Assembly: GCA_026709535.1 (NCBI GenBank)
Contig: JAPOST010000002.1
Coordinates: forward strand, 7,783 to 71,782
Direction: 5' to 3'
Length of the DNA stretch: 64,000 nt
DNA from: Rhodospirillaceae bacterium
GTDB taxonomy: Bacteria; Pseudomonadota; Alphaproteobacteria; Bin65
In this document: in pieces, positions 54,726-64,000 of the stretch
How positions within the stretch are numbered: position 1 is the stretch's first letter
Layout of the letters: each line of letters starts with the position of its first letter
Translations under genes and position numbers: made by a program
Notes under the pieces: model-generated
The model's input: only the letters and a program-made list of their open reading frames with translations
What the model was told of the DNA's origin: nothing
Databases searched by the model: none

Positions 54726-54917
54726 CCCATCGCACTATACCTCTCTGCCGGAGGAGAAACACGAAGCCAGCGCATCCCCTTCACGCTGTGCTGTGGCCAA
54801 GGCCTCTGCCTGTTGCGACAAGATGGCGAGCGGCACCTCTTCGCAATGCTATATGGCGCAACTATGGCGTTGTCGCCACTTTCTTTCAGTTGTCCGGCAC
54901 GGATCATTTTCCACGCT

Positions 54918-55946
54918 TCAATTCGCGGCTCTTCTCAGAATAGTCGGCGGCCGTGTGCGCTGCGATAGCGACGCGCCTCCAAAATAGCGCGCAATCGCCC
55001 GAGCAAGTATTACAGCCAAGCGCTTGCGATAACGAATCGTCGAGAGCAACTTTTCGTCATCTCTATTGGTTAAGAAACCAAGTTCCACAAGGACGGAGGG
55101 AACGTCGGGAGCTTTCAGGACAATGAAACGCGCGGACCGCTCCGGCTTGTGCAACAGATGCACTCGGCGTCGCGCTGAGCGGACGATCAAGGAGGAAATC
55201 CGCGCCGCACCTACTCGCGTTTCGCGAAGCACAAGATCTCCGAGGATGATGGACACCGACTTACTGGAGTCTCCAAAGGCGACCCCAGCCAAGATGTCGG
55301 AACGGTTTTCCCGCGCCGCCAGTCGCGCCGCCAATTGGTCAGAGGCCTGCTCTGCCAGCGTATACACCGACAAGCCGCGCATCCGTGCCGATGGATGGGC
55401 ATCGACGTGGATCGATACAAAAAGCGCTGCGCCATGACGCCGGGCGAATTCGTATCGATCACGCAACCGAATATAGCGGTCGTCGCGCCGGGTTAACAGT
55501 ACCCGAAACCGCTTATCCCGCTCCAGATAGCGCTCTACTAAACGCGCCGTGGATAGGGCGATCATTTTCTCTTTCAGCCCAGAGGGACTGCGCGCGCCAT
55601 CGTCTACACCGCCATGTCCGGGATCGAGGACAACCGTCAAGCGTCGCCCGTCGGCAATCGTCTGCTTAGCACTGCCAGCCGTTTCCGCCGCTACCCTGAC
55701 GCCGAATTTTGTCACCGCTCGGTAGGTTCTGGAAACGCAAAATGGGATGGAGAGGCAGGTCATCGCATTGTGCTGGCTGATCCAGAACCCAGCGAGGCCT
55801 GGGCGCACGATATCGTCCTGCGCAGTTGCTAGCGCGAGCGTGTTCGTCGTAACCATGGCCATGGCTGCGACGACAACGACGCCCATAATTTTTTCTGCTT
55901 GTTTCTTTGCGTACATCTTCCAGCGAAGGATCAGGGATTTCCCCAA
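54918..55946 (-). CDS. N-acetylmuramoyl-L-alanine amidase (Amidase_3, AmiC-like)
   Basis: It has a signal-like N-terminus, VLDPGHGGVDDGA and FVSIHVDA motifs. The start is uncertain, with several in-frame Met codons. Confidence 0.85.
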   Translation of the reverse strand: MGKSLILRWKMYAKKQAEKIMGVVVVAAMAMVTTNTLALATAQDDIVRPGLAGFWISQHNAMTCLSIPFCVSRTYRAVTKFGVRVAAETAGSAKQTIADGRRLTVVLDPGHGGVDDGARSPSGLKEKMIALSTARLVERYLERDKRFRVLLTRRDDRYIRLRDRYEFARRHGAALFVSIHVDAHPSARMRGLSVYTLAEQASDQLAARLAARENRSDILAGVAFGDSSKSVSIILGDLVLRETRVGAARISSLIVRSARRRVHLLHKPERSARFIVLKAPDVPSVLVELGFLTNRDDEKLLSTIRYRKRLAVILARAIARYFGGASLSQRTRPPTILRRAAN

Positions 55947-56421
55947 TATTCTCAGATTTTTGAATCATTCGCTCAATCTAAAACGAACCGTCATTTTGAT
56001 TATGAAGTTTACTATATTTTTCTTGCCCAAGATATTCATGATTGTCGCGCAAGGAAACATTGACTATGTTCTGTGCGTTGCGGTTCGCACCTGAAAGAGT
56101 CGACGCAGTTGCTATCGTCAGACTTTCAGGTAACGCGGAGCCGAGGGCGTAATTCGTACAGGAACCGACAACCGGAGCACGAAACGTCTGAGGAAATTTG
56201 CGTCAGAGCCAAGGCAACACAACGCAATAGTGAAATCACCTGACAGGATCTCTGACGCTGCGGAACGCTTCACGTTGACGAGTTACAGTGAAACACTCAC
56301 TGATTTAACGCAACGGGATTGTTCAAGCGATGACGCGGGCGCCTAGGTAATAGGCCCTCGGAATATTTGGGCCACCAGAAGGTTTTCTGACGCGGAACAG
56401 GCCGTTCTGCGCTCTATTTCT

Positions 56422-56477
56422 CGTACGGTGATTTCAACACACTGGTTGGCGCTTCGCTGCAGTCCGACCGTACGGAG
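56422..56477 (+). promoter_or_regulatory. candidate leader stem abutting the rne Shine-Dalgarno
   Basis: CGTACGGT (56422-29) is perfectly complementary to ACCGTACG (56467-74). The last G of the stem is the first base of GGAG (56474-77), which lies 6 nt before ATG 56484. Confidence 0.3.
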
Positions 56478-56483
56478 ACATTG

Positions 56484-59201
56484 ATGATGACACGCATGTT
56501 GATTGACGCTACCCATCCGGAAGAAACGAGGATGGTAGTGGTCAACGGTAATCGCCTGGAAGATTTCGACCACGAAACAACCAACAAAACCCGCCTGAAA
56601 GGTAACATCTACCTAGCGAAAGTGACTCGGGTCGAGCCTTCACTGCAGGCAGCTTTCGTGGACTATGGCGGCAACCGTCATGGTTTCCTGGCATTCAGCG
56701 AAATTCACCCAGACTACTACCGCATCCCGATTTCCGATCGCGAAGAAATCCTTCAGGAGGAAGCAACAGCTTCTGCTGAGGATGACGAATATATCGATCC
56801 TGGAATCGATGACGATGGCAAATCGGAAGTGGTGCCGGTCGAAACACTGGATCATGAAACTTCAGGTAACGAAGCTGCGGACGACGAGATCGGCGACACC
56901 AATCCCAAGTCGGAGGCCCTCAATGCTAACGAAATGGCAGACGAGGAGCAGACTTCACCTGACGACTCTGCGGCGGAAGGTGAAGAAACCGCAGAGGCTC
57001 GAACCACCTCGGAAGATTCTGATGCAAGTCCTGACGACGACACAAAGCGGGACCAACCTGACCCGCGCACCAGTTCCGCCGACCCACGGCGACGTCGGGG
57101 TCGCAGCCGTCGAGATATCGCTACCCAAGCTGAAGCCAGCATCGACACGGTGGGTGGGGATGATATGGAGGAAATCAATGAGCGCCGCAGGTCACCGGTT
57201 AGGCGCTACCGCATCCAAGAGGTCATTTCCCGTCGGCAAATCATCTTGGTACAGGTTACCAAGGAGGAGCGTGGCAACAAAGGCGCCGCAATCACCAGCT
57301 ATATCTCGCTTGCCGGGCGTTACTGCGTTCTGATGCCGAACACGCCACGGGGAGGCGGCATTTCACGCAAGATTTCCAACATCCAGGACCGCAAGCGTCT
57401 AAAGAAGATCTTGGATGAATTTGAAATTCCAGAAGGCATGGCTGTGATTGTCCGGACCGCCGGCGCCCAGAGAACCAAGGCCGAAATCCGGCGGGACTAC
57501 GAGTACTTGCTTAAACTGTGGGATGAATTTCGGGAGAAGACGCTCAGATCGATCGCGCCGGCTCTCATCCACGAAGAAGCAAACCTGATCAAGCGCTCTA
57601 TTCGCGACTTGTACAATAAAGATATTGATGAAGTGTTGATCGAGGGCGAAGAGGGCTACCGCACAGGCAAGGATTTCATGAAGCTCCTGATGCCGAGCCA
57701 CGCCAAGCGGGTGAAGCAGTACAAGGAACCAAAGATCCCGCTGTTCCAGCGCTATCAGGTGGAAGCCCAGATCGACGATATACACAGTCCGGTGGTACAA
57801 CTGAAGTCGGGCGGTTACATCGTACTTAACAGCACCGAGGCACTGGTCGCGATCGACGTCAACTCAGGGCGCGCCACCCGCGAGCGCAATATCGAGGAAA
57901 CAGCGCTCAAGACGAACCTCGAGGCGGCAGATGAAATCGCTCGCCAATTGAAGCTGCGTGATCTTGCAGGCCTGATCGTCATCGATTTCATCGACATGGA
58001 AGACAGCCGCAACCGACATGCTGTCGAGCGCCGGTTGAAGAACGCCATGGCCAACGATCGTGCACAGAGCCAAATAGGTCGGATCAGCGCTTTCGGCTTG
58101 CTAGAGATGTCGCGGCAGCGACTACGCCCTAGTGTGATCGAGGCATCAATGTCGACCTGCCCGACGTGTGGTGGTACCGGTTTTATTCGATCCACCGAGT
58201 CCACGGCACTGACTGTGCTGCGCGCAATCGAAGAAGAAGGCATCCGGCAGAGGGCAACGGAAATCAGCGTTCATGTGCCCCCTAGGGTTGCGTTCTATAT
58301 CCTAAACCAGAAACGGCCAGACCTTACAACGATCGAGAAACGCTACGATTTTCGCGTCCTGATCGAGATCGACGCATCCCTTGTTCCGCCCGACCATCGG
58401 ATCGAAAAGACAGTCACCCAGCCTGAATTGGAGAACGAAGATGAAGGATCACATGCAGCTGGGGAAAGCAGTAGCCGTCGCCGTCGGGGCGGCCTTACTC
58501 GACGCAGCGAAGATGAGACCGATGAGAAGGAAACCAGGGTTGAAGCGAAGAACGACGATACTGATGAGGACAGTGAGGCCAGCGCCGAAGCTCAAGGCAA
58601 GAAAAAAGAAAACGGCGGTCGACGCCGACGCGGCCGTCGTGGCGGTCGTCGACGTCGGGGCAATGGCAGTGCTGACACAATAACAAGTACCGGAGACGAA
58701 TTGACTGCCGAGAACAGCGACGGGGCAGTTCCTGCAACCGAAAACGTAGATATCGAAACTGCAGTTGAAGCAGGCGAATTTCAAAAGAAGTCTCAAACCA
58801 GATCTCGGAAAGGCCGTCACCGGTCCAGACGGGTCGATGAAGCTGCCGCAGAGGATACATCGCCCGAAGAAACTGTTGCTGCCACTGCCGATACGCCAGG
58901 GGCGAACTCCGATCCGGCCGACGGTGAGAAACCTGCGAAGCCGACCCGCCGTCGTCGCAGCAGAAAACAGACTGATGAGGCCGGTACAGAAGACAAGACC
59001 AAAGCCGTCATGGAAACCGTGGCGACTGAACCAGCAGCCGCGGAAGAAAAGGCTGCTTCCCCTGCTTCGGACGGCGCGAACGGCTCGCCGACCCCTCAAG
59101 CGAAAGCATCAGACGACGATGGCGATGCAAGCAACGATAATGCGACGGCCACCCAGCCGCCCCCTAAGAAGCGTCGCGGCTGGTGGAGCATCGCCCGGTA
59201 A
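56484..59201 (+). CDS. rne: ribonuclease E
   Basis: MLIDATHPEETR, KEERGNKGAA and the Zn-link CPTCGGTG are present. There is an acidic insert in the S1 region and an Arg/acid-block C-terminal tail. The start is taken at the first ATG after GGAG. Confidence 0.95.
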   Translation: MMTRMLIDATHPEETRMVVVNGNRLEDFDHETTNKTRLKGNIYLAKVTRVEPSLQAAFVDYGGNRHGFLAFSEIHPDYYRIPISDREEILQEEATASAEDDEYIDPGIDDDGKSEVVPVETLDHETSGNEAADDEIGDTNPKSEALNANEMADEEQTSPDDSAAEGEETAEARTTSEDSDASPDDDTKRDQPDPRTSSADPRRRRGRSRRDIATQAEASIDTVGGDDMEEINERRRSPVRRYRIQEVISRRQIILVQVTKEERGNKGAAITSYISLAGRYCVLMPNTPRGGGISRKISNIQDRKRLKKILDEFEIPEGMAVIVRTAGAQRTKAEIRRDYEYLLKLWDEFREKTLRSIAPALIHEEANLIKRSIRDLYNKDIDEVLIEGEEGYRTGKDFMKLLMPSHAKRVKQYKEPKIPLFQRYQVEAQIDDIHSPVVQLKSGGYIVLNSTEALVAIDVNSGRATRERNIEETALKTNLEAADEIARQLKLRDLAGLIVIDFIDMEDSRNRHAVERRLKNAMANDRAQSQIGRISAFGLLEMSRQRLRPSVIEASMSTCPTCGGTGFIRSTESTALTVLRAIEEEGIRQRATEISVHVPPRVAFYILNQKRPDLTTIEKRYDFRVLIEIDASLVPPDHRIEKTVTQPELENEDEGSHAAGESSSRRRRGGLTRRSEDETDEKETRVEAKNDDTDEDSEASAEAQGKKKENGGRRRRGRRGGRRRRGNGSADTITSTGDELTAENSDGAVPATENVDIETAVEAGEFQKKSQTRSRKGRHRSRRVDEAAAEDTSPEETVAATADTPGANSDPADGEKPAKPTRRRRSRKQTDEAGTEDKTKAVMETVATEPAAAEEKAASPASDGANGSPTPQAKASDDDGDASNDNATATQPPPKKRRGWWSIAR

Positions 59202-59251
59202 ATCGGCTGGATAGACTTATAAGCTTGCGCAGACCAACCCAAGAATGATCA

Positions 59252-60400
59252 TCACCGCTGCCACACAGCCAGACGCTCCAGAGCGGTTTCGATGTCCGGA
59301 GTTGAAGCGCAATAGCTGAACCGCATATGTGCATGGCCGCGCGCTGGATCAAAGTCGACTCCGGGCGTAGTAGCGATGCCAGTGTCTTCCAGGAGACGCT
59401 TGCAAAAATCCTGACTATCGTTCGTCAGGTGTGCGATGTCGGCATAGAGATAGAACGCGCCTTCAGCCGGCGCAAGGCGATCAAAACCGACATTGGGCAG
59501 CCCTTCCAGCAGCAACGCTCGATTTCGGCGATAGACTTCCAGATAGGCCTCACATTCATCATGGCATTGGAACGCGGCAACGGCGGCATGCTGACTGAGC
59601 GATGGTGGAGAAATGAACAGATTCTGAGCGAGGCATTCCACCGCCCGCAACAGGTCTGGCGGAACGATCATCCAACCCAGCCGCCAGCCTGTCATGGAGA
59701 AATATTTCGAGAAGCTGTTGATGACGATAGCCTCGTCGTTGAGACCTGCAGCGGTCGGGACTGGCCGGCCGTAACTGATCCCGTGATAAATCTCGTCAGA
59801 GACGAGGCGCACGCCTTGCGCCTCGCACCAGCCGGATATCGCACCAAAATTGTCACTGAGGATCGTGCCAGTGGGATTCGACGGGCTGGCGACGATCAGC
59901 CCGTCCAGCGGCTGGTCCGTGCTCGCCGCGTCCAACAACTCGAGGGTTGGCTGGTAGTGCCCTTCTGCAGTGCCTTCCAACATTACAGTTTTGATGCCGA
60001 AAGCACTCAAGATGTTATTGTAGCATGGATAGCCCGGAGACATGATCGCTACCCGGTCGTCCGGATTGAAAGCCGACAGGAAACTGAGCACGAAAGCGCC
60101 GGAAGACCCCGTTGTCGCTACGATGCGCTCCACCGGTACAACCACGCCGTACCTGTCTTGGTAGTGCCGGGCGATCGCTTCCCGAAGTTCTGGAATTCCG
60201 AAACTGTCAGTGTAGCCCAGTTTGTTGCTATCCAGAGCTGCTTTGGCCGCGGCGACCACACCACGTGGCGCCCCAGTCGAAGGCTGGCCAACCTCCAGAT
60301 GAATCACATCTCCGAGAGAAGTCTCCTGCTCGTTGGCGGCCCGCATCACATCCATCACGATAAACGATGAAATTTGTCCGCGATTAGCGACTTTCAGCAC
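59252..60400 (-). CDS. pyridoxal-phosphate-dependent aminotransferase (class I/II)
   Basis: 382 aa with the PLP-lysine motif SFSKYFSMTGWRLGW. Substrate specificity cannot be assigned from sequence alone. Confidence 0.9.
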   Translation of the reverse strand: MLKVANRGQISSFIVMDVMRAANEQETSLGDVIHLEVGQPSTGAPRGVVAAAKAALDSNKLGYTDSFGIPELREAIARHYQDRYGVVVPVERIVATTGSSGAFVLSFLSAFNPDDRVAIMSPGYPCYNNILSAFGIKTVMLEGTAEGHYQPTLELLDAASTDQPLDGLIVASPSNPTGTILSDNFGAISGWCEAQGVRLVSDEIYHGISYGRPVPTAAGLNDEAIVINSFSKYFSMTGWRLGWMIVPPDLLRAVECLAQNLFISPPSLSQHAAVAAFQCHDECEAYLEVYRRNRALLLEGLPNVGFDRLAPAEGAFYLYADIAHLTNDSQDFCKRLLEDTGIATTPGVDFDPARGHAHMRFSYCASTPDIETALERLAVWQR

Positions 60401-60512
60401 TGTGGCATCACTCCTTTACCACCTTCATGGCGGGCAACGGGCCGCAGGCCGAACAAGCGCTTCGCGGGCGTATATTTGGTGAACGAAAGTTCAAGCCGAT
60501 GGGCTCCAGCCG

Positions 60513-61856
60513 ATGATCCGCAGCATTGCAATCCTATTGGCCGCGTCAGTCGCCGCCACATTGCCAGCCTCGGCAAATGCCCGTAGTCTTGCCTTGATCC
60601 GCGATGCTGAAATCGAACGGACAATCCGTACCTACACAACTCCAATGTTCTCGTCTATTGGCGTCAAACAGAACAGTGTCCGGGTTCATATCGTCAACGA
60701 CTCCCGGATCAATGCTTTTGTTGCCGGCGGACGATATATCTTCATCAATACCGGCCTGCTGATGTACGCCAAAGATGCCGGTATGGTAATTGGAGTCCTG
60801 GCGCATGAAATGGGGCATATCGTCGGCCAGCACTTGACCCGCCTTCGCGGCGCCATCAGCGAAAGCCAAATCAAGCAGATCATCGCATTCATTCTGGCTG
60901 CAAGCACCGGCGTGGCGACGCGCGACGGGCAAGCGGCCGGCGCTATAGCAAGCTTGGGCGGTAACATCGTTCGCGGCACGCTTTATCGATATACCCGAGG
61001 TATGGAAGCTGAAGCCGATGAGTTTGCGCTCACAACACTGGATCGGATGGGCGTGTCCGCTCGAGGGTTGGCGAGCTTGATGCAACACCTGATGTCCCAG
61101 GAAGCATTACTGCCGTCAATGCAGGATCCCTATATGCGGACGCATCCATTGTCGCGATCACGCCTAGAGCGGATCAAGCGGCATATGAAAACGTCTCGGT
61201 TTACCAGCCAGCCAACGCCGGTCCGCTATCGTAAATTACACCGGCGCATGCGCGCTAAACTGTTCGGCTTTCTAAAGCCTCCAGCCAGCGTTTTAGCCCG
61301 CTATGGCCCCAACAACCGCTCGCTTGAAGCCCGCTACGCTATAGCCGTCGCCTATCACCGAAGCAGCCGCCTGAATGACGCTCTCGCGACAATCGACGAT
61401 CTGATTCGCGAAGAGCCTCGTGATCCCTTTTTCCATGAGTTAAAAGGCCAAATCCTGCTGGAAAGCGGGCGGGCGCAGCAGGCGATCAAGTCCTATTCTG
61501 CAGCAATACGCCTTGCGCCAAGCGAAGCCTTGATCCGCGGCGCCTATGCGCATGCACTGCTGCAGACCGGAGACCGGAGCAAGGTACCGACAGCACTACG
61601 CCATTTGATCACTGTCACCGTAAATGACAAAACTTTCCCAACTGGTTGGCGACTCCGAGCCATCGCACATGGTCATCTGAAACAAATAGGTGAAAGCGCG
61701 GCGGCATTAGCCGAATATTACCTGTTGCTAGGTGACCTCGCCGAAGCGCGCCGCCAGATTCGTCGTGCCGAGCGCCTGTTGCCCGCGGGTTCACCCAGTT
61801 GGCAGCGCGTCCAGGACATGAAGTCAGCGCGGCTTGATTCTAAAGGTCGACGCTAA
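60513..61856 (+). CDS. M48 family metalloprotease with C-terminal TPR region (BepA-like)
   Basis: Signal peptide MIRSIAILLAASVAATLPASA, zinc motif HEMGHIVGQH, and a TPR-like C-terminal half. Confidence 0.85.
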   Translation: MIRSIAILLAASVAATLPASANARSLALIRDAEIERTIRTYTTPMFSSIGVKQNSVRVHIVNDSRINAFVAGGRYIFINTGLLMYAKDAGMVIGVLAHEMGHIVGQHLTRLRGAISESQIKQIIAFILAASTGVATRDGQAAGAIASLGGNIVRGTLYRYTRGMEAEADEFALTTLDRMGVSARGLASLMQHLMSQEALLPSMQDPYMRTHPLSRSRLERIKRHMKTSRFTSQPTPVRYRKLHRRMRAKLFGFLKPPASVLARYGPNNRSLEARYAIAVAYHRSSRLNDALATIDDLIREEPRDPFFHELKGQILLESGRAQQAIKSYSAAIRLAPSEALIRGAYAHALLQTGDRSKVPTALRHLITVTVNDKTFPTGWRLRAIAHGHLKQIGESAAALAEYYLLLGDLAEARRQIRRAERLLPAGSPSWQRVQDMKSARLDSKGRR

Positions 61857-61894
61857 GCCACTCCCACACAACAAAAATCACAAAGAGACGCGTC

Positions 61895-62671
61895 ATGTTA
61901 AATCCTCGGTTTGTCGCTGCAGCGATAACAACCATTCTTTCCGCGGCTTTTGCCGCGGCACCGATTGCAGCCGAAAGCGGTTTCACGGACAGTGAAACAA
62001 AGGAAATCCGCAAGATCATCCGTGAGTATCTGATCAACAACCCGGAGGTGGTTGTCGACGCAATCCAGGAGATGCGCCGCCGTCAGCAAGTTGCCAAACT
62101 TGCGGCGTCACGCAGGGCGATCAGCGAAAGCAAAGCGGCGCTATTGCATAACGGGCTGGACCCTGTTGGCGGCAACAAGAACGGATCTGTCACGTTGATC
62201 GAGTTCTTCGACTACAATTGTGGTTGGTGCAAACGTAATCTGTCGCAGATGAAAGCGGCCATCAAGGCCGACGGCGATGTCCGAGTGGTCTACAAGGAAT
62301 TTCCCATCTTGTCGCCCTCCTCCCGTACAGCGGCCCAAGCCGCGCTCGCTGCTCACAAGCAGGACAAATACCAAGAGATGCATGACCAGTTGATGGCGTT
62401 CCGCGGTCCGCTAGACGAGTCCAGAATCATGGCCATCGCGAAGAAGGTCGGACTGGATATCGAGAAACTAAGGACCGATATGCAATCATCCGAAGTCAAG
62501 GCCAAGATCGCGGCGAACCTGACTTTGGCTCAAAAGCTGGATATCCAAGGAACGCCAGCCTTTATCGTGGGTGGGAAACTGATCCCCGGCTTCGTGCGTG
62601 CCGAACAGTTCATTCAGCAATTCAAACGGACGCGAAAGGAATGTGCCGAAAAGAAAATCAGTTTCTGCTGA
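61895..62671 (+). CDS. DsbA family thiol:disulfide oxidoreductase
   Basis: Signal peptide plus a thioredoxin-fold CGWC active site (FFDYNCGWCKRN). Confidence 0.85.
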   Translation: MLNPRFVAAAITTILSAAFAAAPIAAESGFTDSETKEIRKIIREYLINNPEVVVDAIQEMRRRQQVAKLAASRRAISESKAALLHNGLDPVGGNKNGSVTLIEFFDYNCGWCKRNLSQMKAAIKADGDVRVVYKEFPILSPSSRTAAQAALAAHKQDKYQEMHDQLMAFRGPLDESRIMAIAKKVGLDIEKLRTDMQSSEVKAKIAANLTLAQKLDIQGTPAFIVGGKLIPGFVRAEQFIQQFKRTRKECAEKKISFC

Positions 62672-62834
62672 TTTCTCTCACAGACTTTCGAGCAATAATA
62701 TCCAGCTGTTTTTTGCAATGGCGCCGCAATGATCAGCGCGCCACACGGGTAACCGATGAGGAAGCTCACCAGAAAACAAATAATGCCAAACTGATCGAGA
62801 ACTTTCGATTTACCCAAACGACGATGATACTGTT

Positions 62835-64000
62835 TCAGATTTGCCCGCGAAAGCCGTTTGTAATTGGATATCGGCGTTCCTTGCCGAAGGACCGTGACCC
62901 GATCTTGACTCCAGGCGGCGTCTGACGACGCTTATATTCGGACAAGTCCAACATTTTCCAGACCTGCCGGACTGTTTCCACGTCATGGCCTCTGGCCTCA
63001 ATTTCGGCTATGCCCAGATCCTGTTCAATCAGGCAGTGGAGAATTTTGTCCAGTTCGTCATAGGGAGGCAACGAATCCAGGTCCTTCTGGTCGGGACGCA
63101 ACTCCGCAGAGGGTGGCTTGGCGATCACCCGCTCGGGCACGACCTGACCAGAAGGCCCCAGTGCCCGCAGTGGATGGTGCTGGTTGCGCCAACGGCAAAG
63201 TCTGAATACGTCGGTCTTGTAGACGTCCTTCAGAACCGAATAGCCTCCGCACATGTCGCCATATAAAGTGGCATAGCCGACAGACATTTCTGACTTGTTG
63301 CCGGTGGAGAGCAATACGTGGCCGAATTTGTTGGAAATCGCCATCAGGACCAAGCCCCGTGACCGAGCTTGAATATTTTCTTCCGTAGTATCGGCGGCGC
63401 GGCCATCAAACAATGGCGCAAGCATGGCATCGAACGCGTTCATGGCTGGGCCAATGTTGATTGAATCAAGCCTGGTATCCAGCAATTCGGCCATTTCAGC
63501 AGCGTCTTCAAGGCTTTCCGCGGACGTGTAGCGCGATGGCATCATGACCATCCAGACCTTTTCAGGTCCTAACGCATCGACCGCGACCGCCGCCGAGAGC
63601 GCCGAATCCACACCACCAGACATGCCCAGAATTACACCCGGAAATCCATTCTTGCGTACATAGTCCCGCAATCCAAGCGTCATGGCTTGGTACATCGATT
63701 CCAAGCTATCTGGCGGTACATCACGCGCTCCTTCCGCACAGACCCATCCGTCATCGCAACGCGACCATTCGGTCAAGGTAAGCGCCTCGGCAAACCCGGG
63801 TAACTGTATCGGCATGGAATAGTCTGCATTGATCACAAAGGAAGCACCGTCGAATACCAGTTCATCCTGGCCGCCGACTTGGTTGACATAAAGGATCGGC
63901 AGGCCTGATTCGCGAATCCGGTTCAGGACGATTTGTATCCGGGTGTCGTAGCGACCCTGTTCATAGGGTGAGCCGTTCAGGGAAATAATCAGTTCAGCGC
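62835..64000 (-). CDS. nadE: glutamine-dependent NAD+ synthetase (partial; N-terminal CN-hydrolase domain runs off the window)
   Basis: PP-loop GMSGGVDSALSAAVA. The frame stays open upstream of the track's internal Met through 64000 (..YVNQVGGQDELVFDGASFVINADY..). Confidence 0.9.
   Translation of the reverse strand, partial: AELIISLNGSPYEQGRYDTRIQIVLNRIRESGLPILYVNQVGGQDELVFDGASFVINADYSMPIQLPGFAEALTLTEWSRCDDGWVCAEGARDVPPDSLESMYQAMTLGLRDYVRKNGFPGVILGMSGGVDSALSAAVAVDALGPEKVWMVMMPSRYTSAESLEDAAEMAELLDTRLDSINIGPAMNAFDAMLAPLFDGRAADTTEENIQARSRGLVLMAISNKFGHVLLSTGNKSEMSVGYATLYGDMCGGYSVLKDVYKTDVFRLCRWRNQHHPLRALGPSGQVVPERVIAKPPSAELRPDQKDLDSLPPYDELDKILHCLIEQDLGIAEIEARGHDVETVRQVWKMLDLSEYKRRQTPPGVKIGSRSFGKERRYPITNGFRGQI

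Noticed and set aside
59327-60370. A 347-aa plus-strand ORF covers almost the whole aminotransferase gene in antisense.
   Set aside because: The minus-strand frame has unmistakable class I/II aminotransferase motifs (SFSKYFSMTGWRLGW). The antisense product is Arg/Trp-rich with no recognisable family. It is a classic shadow ORF.
62614-62817. A 67-aa minus-strand ORF with one TM-like segment lies between nadE and the DsbA-like gene.
   Set aside because: It has a TTG start without an SD, overlaps the 3' end of the DsbA-like gene in antisense by 58 nt, and matches no family. This is insufficient support.

Overview
This 64-kb window reads as core chromosomal DNA of an alphaproteobacterium, judged from gene content and order only, since no database search was possible. 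It holds about 50 intact CDS, nearly all on the minus strand up to ~56 kb. The conserved blocks are mfd-sdhE; lpdA-pdhC-pdhB-pdhA-ftsB-eno-kdsA; dnaE-lolD-lolC/E-proS; a tightly packed 20-gene string nuoA..N-birA-coaX-rnj-mce-DUF1467; tatD-metG-holB-tmk; mrcA-amidase; and rne, an aminotransferase, an M48/TPR protease, a DsbA-like protein and nadE (partial at the window end). There are two tRNAs (Asp-GTC, Ser-TGA), no rRNA and no CRISPR array. I do not see an intact, novel multi-gene system and will not invent one. The unusual content sits in the gaps between the conserved blocks. (1) A conserved D,D-carboxypeptidase gene was split by an IS4-family element with a GATTT target duplication. In-silico excision restores the reading frame exactly, and both the IS and the host gene have since decayed. 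(2) Two 36-nt hairpin units lie 72 nt apart just 3' of dnaE, with compensatory stem substitutions. (3) A visibly GC-rich ~0.5-kb patch carries an IS30-like HTH remnant. (4) Four stretches of 0.55-0.8 kb (1-692, 8149-8923, 25194-25803, 45082-45648) have no intact gene. (5) An orphan MoxR AAA+/CoxE-like VWA pair has no obvious client. (6) A ~0.5-kb rne leader contains a stem abutting the Shine-Dalgarno sequence. Several ORF-track starts were trimmed where the N-terminal extension overlapped the upstream gene. All family assignments rest on motifs I recognised in the translations.
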